DNA of 64,000 nt, from assembly GCA_965662265.1 (NCBI GenBank), contig CBFIGX010000005.1, positions 7,494 to 71,493 of the forward strand, given 5' to 3'. Numbering within the stretch: position 1 is the first letter of the stretch; every line of letters starts with the position of its first letter. This DNA comes from Flavobacteriales bacterium (GTDB taxonomy: Bacteria; Bacteroidota; Bacteroidia; Flavobacteriales; UBA7430). The position numbers and the translations under genes were made by a program. Below the pieces are notes generated by a model. That model searched no databases and was not told the origin of the DNA. It was given only the letters and a program-made list of their open reading frames with translations. Below are positions 1 to 9,098 of this stretch, one piece after another.

Positions 1-431
1 AAACCAGGATATTAAAAATGATTAAAGAAATGAGTTATATTAGTGAACTTACACTTATAGGTGGTTTGTTTATGATGTCTGTTGGTACTTATTTAGGTGG
101 AATTTGGGCTAATGAATCCTGGGGTAGATATTGGGGTTGGGATGCTAAAGAAACATGGGCTTTGGTAACCATATTGGTATATACTTTTATTTTACATATG
201 AGATTAATACCAAAAATGAAAGGTTTTTATAACTATAATGTTGCTAGCTTATTTGGCTTGGCTTCGGTTATCATGACATACTATGGAGTTAATTACTACC
301 TATCGGGTCTGCACTCATATGCTACTGGTGATCCAGTACCAATTCCAAACTGGGTATACTACACTGTAATAGCATTAATTGCAATAAGTATTTTGGCTTA
401 CTTTAAGAAAAAAGAACACAAACTTACGTAA
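1..431 (+). CDS. ccsA: Cytochrome c synthase CcsA/CcsBA (system II), C-terminal part; 5' end lies outside the window
   Basis: WWD domain GGIWANESWGRYWGWDAKETW and heme-ligand motif GVNYYLSGLHSYA. Confidence 0.93.
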   Translation, partial: TRILKMIKEMSYISELTLIGGLFMMSVGTYLGGIWANESWGRYWGWDAKETWALVTILVYTFILHMRLIPKMKGFYNYNVASLFGLASVIMTYYGVNYYLSGLHSYATGDPVPIPNWVYYTVIALIAISILAYFKKKEHKLT

Positions 432-1187
432 CTAATTTACGAGTGTACCTTGTTCAAGTAACAAAGGATATGAATAACCGGCTCCAAAATCTTTGTTCAG
501 TGTAATTCGTGCCTTAAATGTTACGCTATCACCTAATTTAACATTATCATTACTAGTAATTACCAGATCGTATGAATCCAAGGTGCCATCTTTTATATGA
601 ATCCAATTTCTATCTAAAATAGCCGTATTTACTTTCACACAAATACCAGATAAAAGCACCCATGAGCTAATATATTTTGTTGGATTCTCAACCAACTCAG
701 CAATAGTTACAGAAATGGATTCAGAATTTTCATCAAATGGATAATCGGCACCTGTATCTTGATTGTCGAGGTTACCATGATTACAGTTTGGTCCATGAAC
801 ATGCCCCTTGGTATTTAATGAAGATGCTGGTATTAAATTAGAGACTAAGTTGAGCTGCTCAAAAACTCTATTAAACTCTTTGCTGCTGAAATCTGTTTTA
901 GGAATAAATGAGCTGTATACATACTCCTTACCAATAACATACTCCCCCTTCTTTGTAGCCAACCAATAAGAAAGTGTATCCTCAGAAACGTACATATAAT
1001 CGTAGTTACCTCCCTCTAACAGCTCTAAGACAGTGACGTTATGCATTTGAGCTGATTGCTTATTAAATATACGTTCTCGGATTTCCGAATTGGCTATTTC
1101 TTTATCATCAATTACTTTAGTAGAATTTGAGCAAGATGAATACAAAACAATAATACTAAGTACTAAAAGGTGAGGCAATCGAATCAT
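432..1187 (-). CDS. NrfJ-like lipoprotein with two predicted OB-fold domains and a His/Cys linker
   Basis: Likely ATG at 1187 (MIRLPHLLVLSIIVLYSSC, lipobox-like). Motifs GGNYDY..W.A, F.SKEFNRVF, ILDRNWIHIKDGT and KDFGAGYSYPLLLE. Linker GHVHGPNCNHG. Confidence 0.6.
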   Translation of the reverse strand: MIRLPHLLVLSIIVLYSSCSNSTKVIDDKEIANSEIRERIFNKQSAQMHNVTVLELLEGGNYDYMYVSEDTLSYWLATKKGEYVIGKEYVYSSFIPKTDFSSKEFNRVFEQLNLVSNLIPASSLNTKGHVHGPNCNHGNLDNQDTGADYPFDENSESISVTIAELVENPTKYISSWVLLSGICVKVNTAILDRNWIHIKDGTLDSYDLVITSNDNVKLGDSVTFKARITLNKDFGAGYSYPLLLEQGTLVN

Positions 1188-1558
1188 AATTATTTGTTTC
1201 AAGATTAACAATATAGTGTCTTTGATTTTTGGAGTTAATTACAAATACAAAAATAATCAAGAATACCTATAAAAACACAATGATTTTGAGTTGATTATTT
1301 ATTAATCATCAATAAAATAACAAGTGATTAATATTATTATGATATTATAAAAAACTGAGACTATTTAGCTTTTGTTGGTAATTGAAAACTTCATCTATAA
1401 ATAACAACTTTTATTCGAACAATAATTACAGAATATACCTAAATAAGTAAGTTTTTAAAAACCAAAATTCAGGAAATAATAATTGGGTGAAATATAACCT
1501 TCTCAGAAAAAAACTCAGATTAATACTCTTTGATAGGATGAAAATAGGTGCTTATCTT

Positions 1559-3064
1559 TTAGTAAAGAGATGTATCAATAGCTAAGTTTTTAAGAAATGA
1601 AATTGATTTATCTATGTCGTCTTTTAAGTAACGGTCATCTTGAACAAATGCCACTTCTTGCCTATATGAAGCCAGAAACATCTGTAAAAAGGGTGATGTT
1701 TTCTCCTTTCTAAACTCAAGAGCTTGCGCAGCATTCATAAGCTCTATAGCTAAAACACGCTCCGTATTCTCTATGACTCTGAATAATTTTGTAGCTGCAT
1801 TAGCACCCATACTAACATGATCTTCTTGGCCGTTTGATGAAACAATAGAATCTGCAGATGCTGGAGTACACAACATTTTTGATTGAGATACAATACTGGC
1901 AGCAGTATATTGGGGTATCATAAATCCAGAATTCAAACCAGGATTTGCTACTAAATAAGAAGGAAGCCCTCTGAGGCCACATACCAATTGATAAATTCGT
2001 CGCTCTGAGATATTTGCTAACTCGTGAATTGCAATAGCTAAATAATCCATAGGTATGGCTATTGGCTGACCGTGGAAATTACCACCAGATATAATTTTAT
2101 CAGCCTCAACAAATACATTTGGATTGTCGGTAACTGAATTGATTTCTGTCTCAATCATATCGCAAACATGCTTAATAGCTTGTTTAGATGCGCCATGAAC
2201 TTGAGGTATACACCTAAATGAATAAGGATCTTGAACGTGCTTTTTATCTCTAACTATAAGTTCAGACCCTTCTAAAAATTCTCGAATACGTGCTGCGGTC
2301 TTTATTTGACCATTATGAGGTCGTGCAAAATGGATTAAGGCATCAAAAGGCTCTATTCTACCGTCAAAAGCTTCCAAAGACAAGGTTCCAATTACATCTG
2401 CTAAATAGTCCAACTTTTGAGACTGAAGAATAGACCAAGTACCATAAGCACTCATAAACTGAGTTCCATTTAATAAGGCCAAGCCTTCTTTAGATTTTAG
2501 AGTTATTGGCTCCCAAGACATTTTCTTTAACAAGGAATTGCCAGATAGTCGATCTTCTAGATAGTCGACTTCACCCATTCCTAATAATGGCAAAGCTAGG
2601 TGTGCTAATGGTGCCAAATCACCTGATGCACCGAGAGAACCTTGCTGATAGACTATCGGTAAAATATTATGATTAAACATATCTACCAACCTTTGAACGG
2701 TAATGAGCTGAACCCCTGAATGGCCATAAGAAAGAGACTGAATTTTTAAAAGTAACATTAACTTTACAATCTCGCTAGGGACTTCTTCTCCTGTACCGCA
2801 AGCATGAGACATTACTAAATTGGCTTGTAACTGACTTAAGTCTTTATCAGATATACTGTGATTACACAAAGAACCAAAACCTGTGTTTACGCCATAAATA
2901 GGTGCTACTGTTCGAGCAACCTTGTCATCTAAATAACTTCTACATTTTTCAATTGCAGAGCAGACTTCCTCAGAGAGTTCAATTTTCTTTCCTTGAGCTA
3001 TGATATCATGTATATCATCAAAACTTAAGGGCGCTTTACTAATACTATGCATCGTGGTATCCAT
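1559..3064 (-). CDS. hutH: Histidine ammonia-lyase
   Basis: YGVNTGFG, MIO-forming GASGDLAPL, QDPYSFRCIPQVHG, SGGNFHG; the start may be at 3052. Confidence 0.96.
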   Translation of the reverse strand: MDTTMHSISKAPLSFDDIHDIIAQGKKIELSEEVCSAIEKCRSYLDDKVARTVAPIYGVNTGFGSLCNHSISDKDLSQLQANLVMSHACGTGEEVPSEIVKLMLLLKIQSLSYGHSGVQLITVQRLVDMFNHNILPIVYQQGSLGASGDLAPLAHLALPLLGMGEVDYLEDRLSGNSLLKKMSWEPITLKSKEGLALLNGTQFMSAYGTWSILQSQKLDYLADVIGTLSLEAFDGRIEPFDALIHFARPHNGQIKTAARIREFLEGSELIVRDKKHVQDPYSFRCIPQVHGASKQAIKHVCDMIETEINSVTDNPNVFVEADKIISGGNFHGQPIAIPMDYLAIAIHELANISERRIYQLVCGLRGLPSYLVANPGLNSGFMIPQYTAASIVSQSKMLCTPASADSIVSSNGQEDHVSMGANAATKLFRVIENTERVLAIELMNAAQALEFRKEKTSPFLQMFLASYRQEVAFVQDDRYLKDDIDKSISFLKNLAIDTSLY

Positions 3065-4425
3065 TAGGCATTTAATTTAGTAATCAATTCGTTTAGCGTT
3101 ATCAACTCTTGATTTCCTTGCGTCATATTTTTCACGGTCAACTTACCACTCTTGATTTCGTCCTCCCCCACTAGTATTACAAAAGGAATTCCTTTTTTAT
3201 CGGCATAATTCATTTGCTTTTTCATTTTGGCTGCATCCGGATACAATTCTGCATTAACCCCAGCATTACGTAGAGCTGTTAAACAATTAAGACAATAGTC
3301 GGCTTCTTCGGCACCAAAATTTACGAAAAGTACTTGTGTACAGTCAGCTTCTAAACTAGGAAACAAGTTTAGTTCTTCCATCACTAAATAAATACGATCT
3401 AAGCCAAACGAAATTCCTATTCCAGGAGTATCTTTTAAGCCGAAAATGCTAGTCAGGTCATCGTATCGACCACCCCCACCTATAGAACCCATTTGAACTC
3501 CTTTAGCCTCTACTTCAAAAATAGAACCTGTGTAATAGTTTAGTCCACGAGCCAGCGTCAAATCAAAATCTAAGGTAGACAGCTGCAAGCCCAAATTAGT
3601 GACCTTAGAAATGACAAAGTCTAGTTCTTCAATTCCTTCAAGACCAATTGTAGAAGTAGCCAACACATTGCGCATGGTGTTTAATTTTTCGGAAGTATTA
3701 CCATGCATAGTTAGTATAGGGTTTAGCTTCTGAATAGCTTTTTCAGACACTCCCTTGGTTCTCATTTCATCTTTTACCTTTTCAATCCCTATTTTATCTA
3801 GCTTGTCTAAAGCCACAGTAATATCTATAATTTGATCTTCGGCACCTATTACTTGAGCAATACCGCTTAATACTTTTCTATTGTTTAGTTTAATGACAGC
3901 TTCCAAATTTAAAGCAGAAAATACCGTATCATATAGCTGAACAAGCTCTATCTCTTGAAGCAAAGACTTTGAGCCTACCACATCGGCATCGCACTGGTAA
4001 AACTCTCTAAATCGTCCTTTTTGAGGCCGATCGGCCCGCCATACTGGCTGCATTTGATACCGTTTAAAAGGGAAACTAATCTCGTTTTGATGCTGTACTA
4101 CATAACGCGCAAAAGGCACAGTCAAATCATATCGCAAAGCTTTCTCGCTTATTTTAGCTGTCATTTTTTTTGCTTCAAAATCAGAGTCTCTATCTACCTT
4201 TTTTAGGTAATCACCAGAATTTAAAATTTTAAATATTAATCGATCGCCTTCTTCGCCGTACTTCCCCATTAAGGTGGATAAGTTTTCCATAGAAGGGGTT
4301 TCTATAGGTAAATATCCGAACCTTTGAAAAGCATTTTTGATCACACGTATCAAGTAGTTACGCCTTAACATGGTTGTGGGCGAAAAATCGCGTGTTCCTT
4401 TAGGTATAGAAGGTTTCTGTGCCAT
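3064..4425 (-). CDS. hisS: Histidine--tRNA ligase
   Basis: PKGTRDF, LRYDLTVPFARY, RPQKGRFREFYQCDAD, ARGLNYYTG, GGGRYD. Confidence 0.97.
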   Translation of the reverse strand: MAQKPSIPKGTRDFSPTTMLRRNYLIRVIKNAFQRFGYLPIETPSMENLSTLMGKYGEEGDRLIFKILNSGDYLKKVDRDSDFEAKKMTAKISEKALRYDLTVPFARYVVQHQNEISFPFKRYQMQPVWRADRPQKGRFREFYQCDADVVGSKSLLQEIELVQLYDTVFSALNLEAVIKLNNRKVLSGIAQVIGAEDQIIDITVALDKLDKIGIEKVKDEMRTKGVSEKAIQKLNPILTMHGNTSEKLNTMRNVLATSTIGLEGIEELDFVISKVTNLGLQLSTLDFDLTLARGLNYYTGSIFEVEAKGVQMGSIGGGGRYDDLTSIFGLKDTPGIGISFGLDRIYLVMEELNLFPSLEADCTQVLFVNFGAEEADYCLNCLTALRNAGVNAELYPDAAKMKKQMNYADKKGIPFVILVGEDEIKSGKLTVKNMTQGNQELITLNELITKLNA

Positions 4426-4489
4426 TTTTATTTTTTTTTACAAAAGTCATTTATTAGGTACACTCAAAGGTAAAGGCCTCTGGGTAGGT

Positions 4490-5527
4490 TTACAAACCTG
4501 CTCGAAGTATTCCTTTACATATTTTTTTAATCATTGCGGGGCCTTCATAAACAAAACCTGTGTAAACTTGTACTAGGCTTGCTCCAGCCTTGATCTTTTC
4601 TATGGCATCTTCTGCCGTATAAATTCCTCCTACGCCAATAATAGGAAAGGCTCCGTTAGATTTTTCATGTAAGTAAGCAATTACCTCGGTAGACTTCTTT
4701 CGAACAGGTTTTCCGCTTAGGCCTCCTGCCCCTATTGCTTTTACCCTTTCTTCAGAGGTTGCTAAAGAGGATCTATCTATGGTGGTGTTGGTGGCAATCA
4801 CTCCTTCTATATTTACATCTGCTACAATGGCAATAATATCATCCAATTGCGAATGCGTTAGGTCGGGTGCAATTTTTAATAAAATGGGTTTGTGCTTTGG
4901 TTTGGCCCTCATTTCATCTTTCAACATTTTTAGCAAAGCCGTAAGCGGTTCTTTGTCTTGCAAAGCCCTCAAATTTGGAGTGTTTGGAGAACTTACATTA
5001 ACCACAAAATAATCTACAAACGAATATAGCGCATGAAAGGCTTTGTAATAATCATCATTGGCCTCTGCATTAGGTGTGATTTTGTTTTTTCCAATATTTC
5101 CACCAATAAGGACTTTGGTTTTTCTTTTCTTTAAGCGTTTTATAGCCGCCTCTACCCCTTCGTTATTAAAGCCCATCCTGTTAATGAGAGCTGTATCTTG
5201 AGGTAATCTAAACAGGCGTGGTTTAGAATTTCCATCTTGCCTTTTGGGAGTTAGCGTTCCTATTTCTATGAATCCGAATCCTATATTGGCCAACTCATCA
5301 AACAGCTTGGCATCTTTATCAAAGCCTGCTGCAATACCAATAGGATTGTCAAAATCTAAACCAAATACGGTTCTCCTTAGGTCGGGGTGATTCAAGCGAT
5401 AGGTTGATCGCATAAGCCATGCGCCGCCTGGAATTTTATGCAACACCTTAACCAGGTTGAACACAAAATGATGAATCATTTCAGGATCGAAGCAGAATAA
5501 AAATGGGCGTATAAGCAGTTTGTACAT
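4490..5527 (-). CDS. pyrD: Quinone-dependent dihydroorotate dehydrogenase (class 2)
   Basis: [36 protein letters not shown]. Confidence 0.97.
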   Translation of the reverse strand: MYKLLIRPFLFCFDPEMIHHFVFNLVKVLHKIPGGAWLMRSTYRLNHPDLRRTVFGLDFDNPIGIAAGFDKDAKLFDELANIGFGFIEIGTLTPKRQDGNSKPRLFRLPQDTALINRMGFNNEGVEAAIKRLKKRKTKVLIGGNIGKNKITPNAEANDDYYKAFHALYSFVDYFVVNVSSPNTPNLRALQDKEPLTALLKMLKDEMRAKPKHKPILLKIAPDLTHSQLDDIIAIVADVNIEGVIATNTTIDRSSLATSEERVKAIGAGGLSGKPVRKKSTEVIAYLHEKSNGAFPIIGVGGIYTAEDAIEKIKAGASLVQVYTGFVYEGPAMIKKICKGILRAGL

Positions 5528-5732
5528 TACCGTTGATTTAGAATAAGGTAAAAATACATAGAATCTTCAATAAATAAGCAGGAGAAGTGAAATTGTCCTC
5601 ATCATTATTTTCTTCTTTCTTAGAGAGGCAATTCTACAGTTCAGTATAGGCGCATTTAACAAGAAAACATCTTTTATACATTTGAGGAATTTCTGTCTCC
5701 TATTTTTGATTGCACCAGGAGCTTGGTTCCAG

Positions 5733-5762
5733 AAAAAAAAAGCCTCACATGAAGTGAGGCTT
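5733..5762 (-). terminator. Intrinsic terminator after the TBDR-DUF4249 pair
   Basis: aagcctcac-atgaa-gtgaggctt hairpin next to an A-tract, which is a U-tract on the minus strand. Confidence 0.8.
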
Positions 5763-5783
5763 GAAGAAAAAGGAATAAAAATA

Positions 5784-6632
5784 TTATTCTGTAATGACAA
5801 ATTCTTGGTAAGATTGATATCTAACCATAAAATTTCCATGAGCATTTTCGAAGTTATCATTTTGAGAGATAACGTTTCCATGTAATTCAAATGGTGGCGC
5901 TGCACCTATCCCACTAGACTCTGTGAGTAATGTATATAAGTTAAAATAGTAATAATAAGCATTCTCACTAATAGTAGATAAGGTTACGAAAACCGAATCA
6001 GATAGTGTAAGTGGCTCATCGTTAATGGTAAAGTTTAAGGACATACCGTTGATAAATTCATCTGTAAAAATACTAGATCTTTTAGTTCCTGGGGTAAGCT
6101 CAAAACTCACTGTATCTTGAACCACGGCTTCGATATGATAAAAATGTCCTTTCTGAGGTGGCTCCTGTGCCATAATATTCACAAAATACCCAGCTTCATT
6201 TTCTGGGAATGATACGTCATAATAACTGTAAATAGAATCTATTTCAGGAACATCTAGTGCAAAATCTTTGGCCATCCATTCACCTTCTACTCCATTAATA
6301 GTGGCCATAATACGTATATCCACCGTATCTAATGTGTTTTTAGGAATGCCAAATGCCGAGTAATATCCTACGGAATCTATAGATTCTTCAAGAATATAAG
6401 AGCCGTTTACTACAATCGTGGCTCCAGTTACAGGAGGGTTGTTTTCATTGCTAAAATAGGGTGCCGACTTGGTTAAATATACATGTGCATGTCCAGTATC
6501 TGAGGTGTCAGAAAAGTCTAAATAAGCTTCAGATATAAGTGTAACATCGTTACTATCTAAGCTAACGTCAATAACGGTTTCACATGAACTCATTGCCACA
6601 AAAATGGCTAATAATATGCTATAGTTTCTCAT
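5784..6632 (-). CDS. DUF4249-type outer-membrane lipoprotein
   Basis: Lipobox MSSC-ETVIDV; SIFTDEFING; C-terminal GNV...A.G.F pattern; lies directly downstream of a TBDR gene. Confidence 0.75.
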   Translation of the reverse strand: MRNYSILLAIFVAMSSCETVIDVSLDSNDVTLISEAYLDFSDTSDTGHAHVYLTKSAPYFSNENNPPVTGATIVVNGSYILEESIDSVGYYSAFGIPKNTLDTVDIRIMATINGVEGEWMAKDFALDVPEIDSIYSYYDVSFPENEAGYFVNIMAQEPPQKGHFYHIEAVVQDTVSFELTPGTKRSSIFTDEFINGMSLNFTINDEPLTLSDSVFVTLSTISENAYYYYFNLYTLLTESSGIGAAPPFELHGNVISQNDNFENAHGNFMVRYQSYQEFVITE

Positions 6633-6634
6633 CG

Positions 6635-9007
6635 TTAAAACTTTAAATTATAAGTAACACTTGGCAATATTGGGAATATAGATAGTTTTACCGCTTCAGT
6701 TTGCCCGTCTATATCTTCGCTTTCTCTAAAGAATACAGAAGAGGCATTTTTTCTATTGTATACATTATAGATGCTAAATACCCACTCTCTATTTTGATTT
6801 CCTAAAGGCCTATATGTTGCTGCAACATCTAACCTGTGATAGCTTGGCAGGCGCTCTTGATTTCGCTCACCTGTATAGTGGGGCACGACAATGTCTTCAT
6901 ACTCAAATTTGGCTACTGGGTAGTTGGTGGGAATACCAGTAGCGTAAACAAGGCTGGAGGAGAAAGACCATTTTGAATTGTGCTTATAAAAAGCAACGAG
7001 AGAAAGGTCGTGGGTTTTATCTTGTGGGTTTGGATACCAAGTACCATTATTAATTCCTGGATCATCTGGACCATATCCAGGCACTAAGCTTTCAGTTTTG
7101 GATAAAGTATAGGCAAGCCATCCGGTAAATTTACCTACATTTTTTTCTATCATAAGTTCTAAACCGTAAGCTCTACCTTCACCGTATAGTATTTCTGTTT
7201 CTAAATTGTTATTAAACTCAAGGTCTGCACCGTCTACATAGTCTAGTGTGTTTATTAACTTTTTGTAATAGATTTCTGTAGAAAAATCCCATTGCTGGTT
7301 ACTTGAAGTTTTAAAATAACCCAATGCAACTTGTTGGCTGTTTAGAGGTTTAATATAGGGACCTGAAGGCGCCCAAATGTCTAAAGGCGTTGGTGAGCTA
7401 GCATTGGTAATTAAATGCATGTATTGATTGATATTTTGAAACGATGCTTTTACTGACGACAACTCGTCGATTTGATACTTAATGGAAAAACGCGGCTCTA
7501 ACTTATTAAACCTAGAAATAACATCACCAGAACCATAGGTTTCTATATTTGTAGAATCTCCATTGATATATTGATTTTGTAGATCGTTATAGTTAATAGG
7601 AGCCTCATTATAAAGGGTAATGGTATCTGCCCCTACACGGAAGAAAGAGGATAAACGCAATCCAGCTTTTACAAGAATACGTTCGCTAATTGCCCATTCG
7701 TCTTGTGCATAAATACCTGTTTCGTAGGCAAATTTATCACGCATTTGAAAGTTTCTTACCGCAGAAGTTTCTGAAGCTGGGATAATTTCTCCAGGCATAA
7801 AATGGTACTCATTAGCAGCAATACCAAATTTAAACTTATGCTGATTGTTGGCAAAATAAGATAGGTCATATTTAAATTGATTGGATTTGATATGTGACAC
7901 CCAATCAAATTCAAAACCATCTGGTAAAATACTTATTTCGTAGTCATAGTCATTATAGTTCAATGACATATTAGATACCAATCGGTCGGAGAACAAGTGT
8001 AACCATCTTAAACTCATTGTAGTATTTCCCCATGAAGAAGCAAAGCGATTACCAAACTTAAAAGCATCTCTACCCATGTATGAGGAAAGGAATAGGCGGT
8101 CTTTATGGCCTAACCAGGTATTTATTTTCATGTTGAGGTCAAAGAAATAAAGTTTGTTGTCTTTAATAGCGGGATCATCAGACAACACTAAAAATAAATC
8201 GCCGTAGGAGCGCCTTCCAGCCAACATAAAAGAGCTCCTATCTGACCATAAAGGTCCTTCTAAAAGCAATCTACTAGAAATTAAACCGATCCCAGCTGAT
8301 CCGGCAAACTTATTGGCGTTACCTTCCTTTTGCCTTACATCAAGTACTGAAGATACACGAGAGCCATACTCAGCAGGTATCCCGCCTTTGTATAGTTTCA
8401 TGTCTTTTATAGCATCAGAATTAAATACAGAAAAGAAGCCAAATAAATGAGATGCATTATATAAAGTCATTTCATCTAATAATACTAAGTTTTCATCTGC
8501 AGAGCCACCTCTTACATTAAAACCATTAGCGCCTTCTCCAACATTAGTTACGCCAGGTAACAACTGAATACTTTTTATAATATCTACCTCTCCCAACACA
8601 GCAGGAAGCTCTTTTATAGCTTTCGTTTCCAGTCTGTTTACACTCATTTCTATGGATCTAACCTTTTGCAAGGCTTCGTCTTCCAGTATAATCTCTGACA
8701 GTTGTTCGGTAAAAACAGTTAGCAAAATATCTTTTCTAAGGCTTTTGTCTACTTTTACTTGAATGACTTGATCTTCATAACCAATAAAACTATACCTAAT
8801 AGTATAGTTTCCTGTAGGCAGCGTCATGGAATAAAAGCCATAAGGATTGGTTGTGACACCAATAGAGAGTTCTTCGCAAACTATGTTTGCGCCAATTAAG
8901 TCTTCTGAAGATGCTGCATCTTTTATAAAACCACTTAAAACAAGTTTATCCTGTGCCATTAGGGTTGTTGACAATACAAGCAACAATATCAGTATCCTTT
9001 TAATCAT
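6635..9007 (-). CDS. TonB-dependent receptor with N-terminal carboxypeptidase-regulatory-like domain
   Basis: Signal peptide, TTNPYGFYS, plug motif FNVRGGSADENLVLLD, YHRLD, C-terminal YNLKF. Confidence 0.9.
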   Translation of the reverse strand: MIKRILILLLVLSTTLMAQDKLVLSGFIKDAASSEDLIGANIVCEELSIGVTTNPYGFYSMTLPTGNYTIRYSFIGYEDQVIQVKVDKSLRKDILLTVFTEQLSEIILEDEALQKVRSIEMSVNRLETKAIKELPAVLGEVDIIKSIQLLPGVTNVGEGANGFNVRGGSADENLVLLDEMTLYNASHLFGFFSVFNSDAIKDMKLYKGGIPAEYGSRVSSVLDVRQKEGNANKFAGSAGIGLISSRLLLEGPLWSDRSSFMLAGRRSYGDLFLVLSDDPAIKDNKLYFFDLNMKINTWLGHKDRLFLSSYMGRDAFKFGNRFASSWGNTTMSLRWLHLFSDRLVSNMSLNYNDYDYEISILPDGFEFDWVSHIKSNQFKYDLSYFANNQHKFKFGIAANEYHFMPGEIIPASETSAVRNFQMRDKFAYETGIYAQDEWAISERILVKAGLRLSSFFRVGADTITLYNEAPINYNDLQNQYINGDSTNIETYGSGDVISRFNKLEPRFSIKYQIDELSSVKASFQNINQYMHLITNASSPTPLDIWAPSGPYIKPLNSQQVALGYFKTSSNQQWDFSTEIYYKKLINTLDYVDGADLEFNNNLETEILYGEGRAYGLELMIEKNVGKFTGWLAYTLSKTESLVPGYGPDDPGINNGTWYPNPQDKTHDLSLVAFYKHNSKWSFSSSLVYATGIPTNYPVAKFEYEDIVVPHYTGERNQERLPSYHRLDVAATYRPLGNQNREWVFSIYNVYNRKNASSVFFRESEDIDGQTEAVKLSIFPILPSVTYNLKF

Positions 9008-9098
9008 AGTCTATGGTTATAAAAAATAAATCGATTCAAATATATAAAAAACTACCTATGTTGTTAGTGTAATAAGTAGAGTTTGCAAATTGTCCTTA

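Noticed and set aside
5567-5905. ORF-track entries 5567..5905 (-) and 5682..5885 (+)
   Set aside because: Both overlap the DUF4249 gene and run through a terminator, with no recognisable motifs
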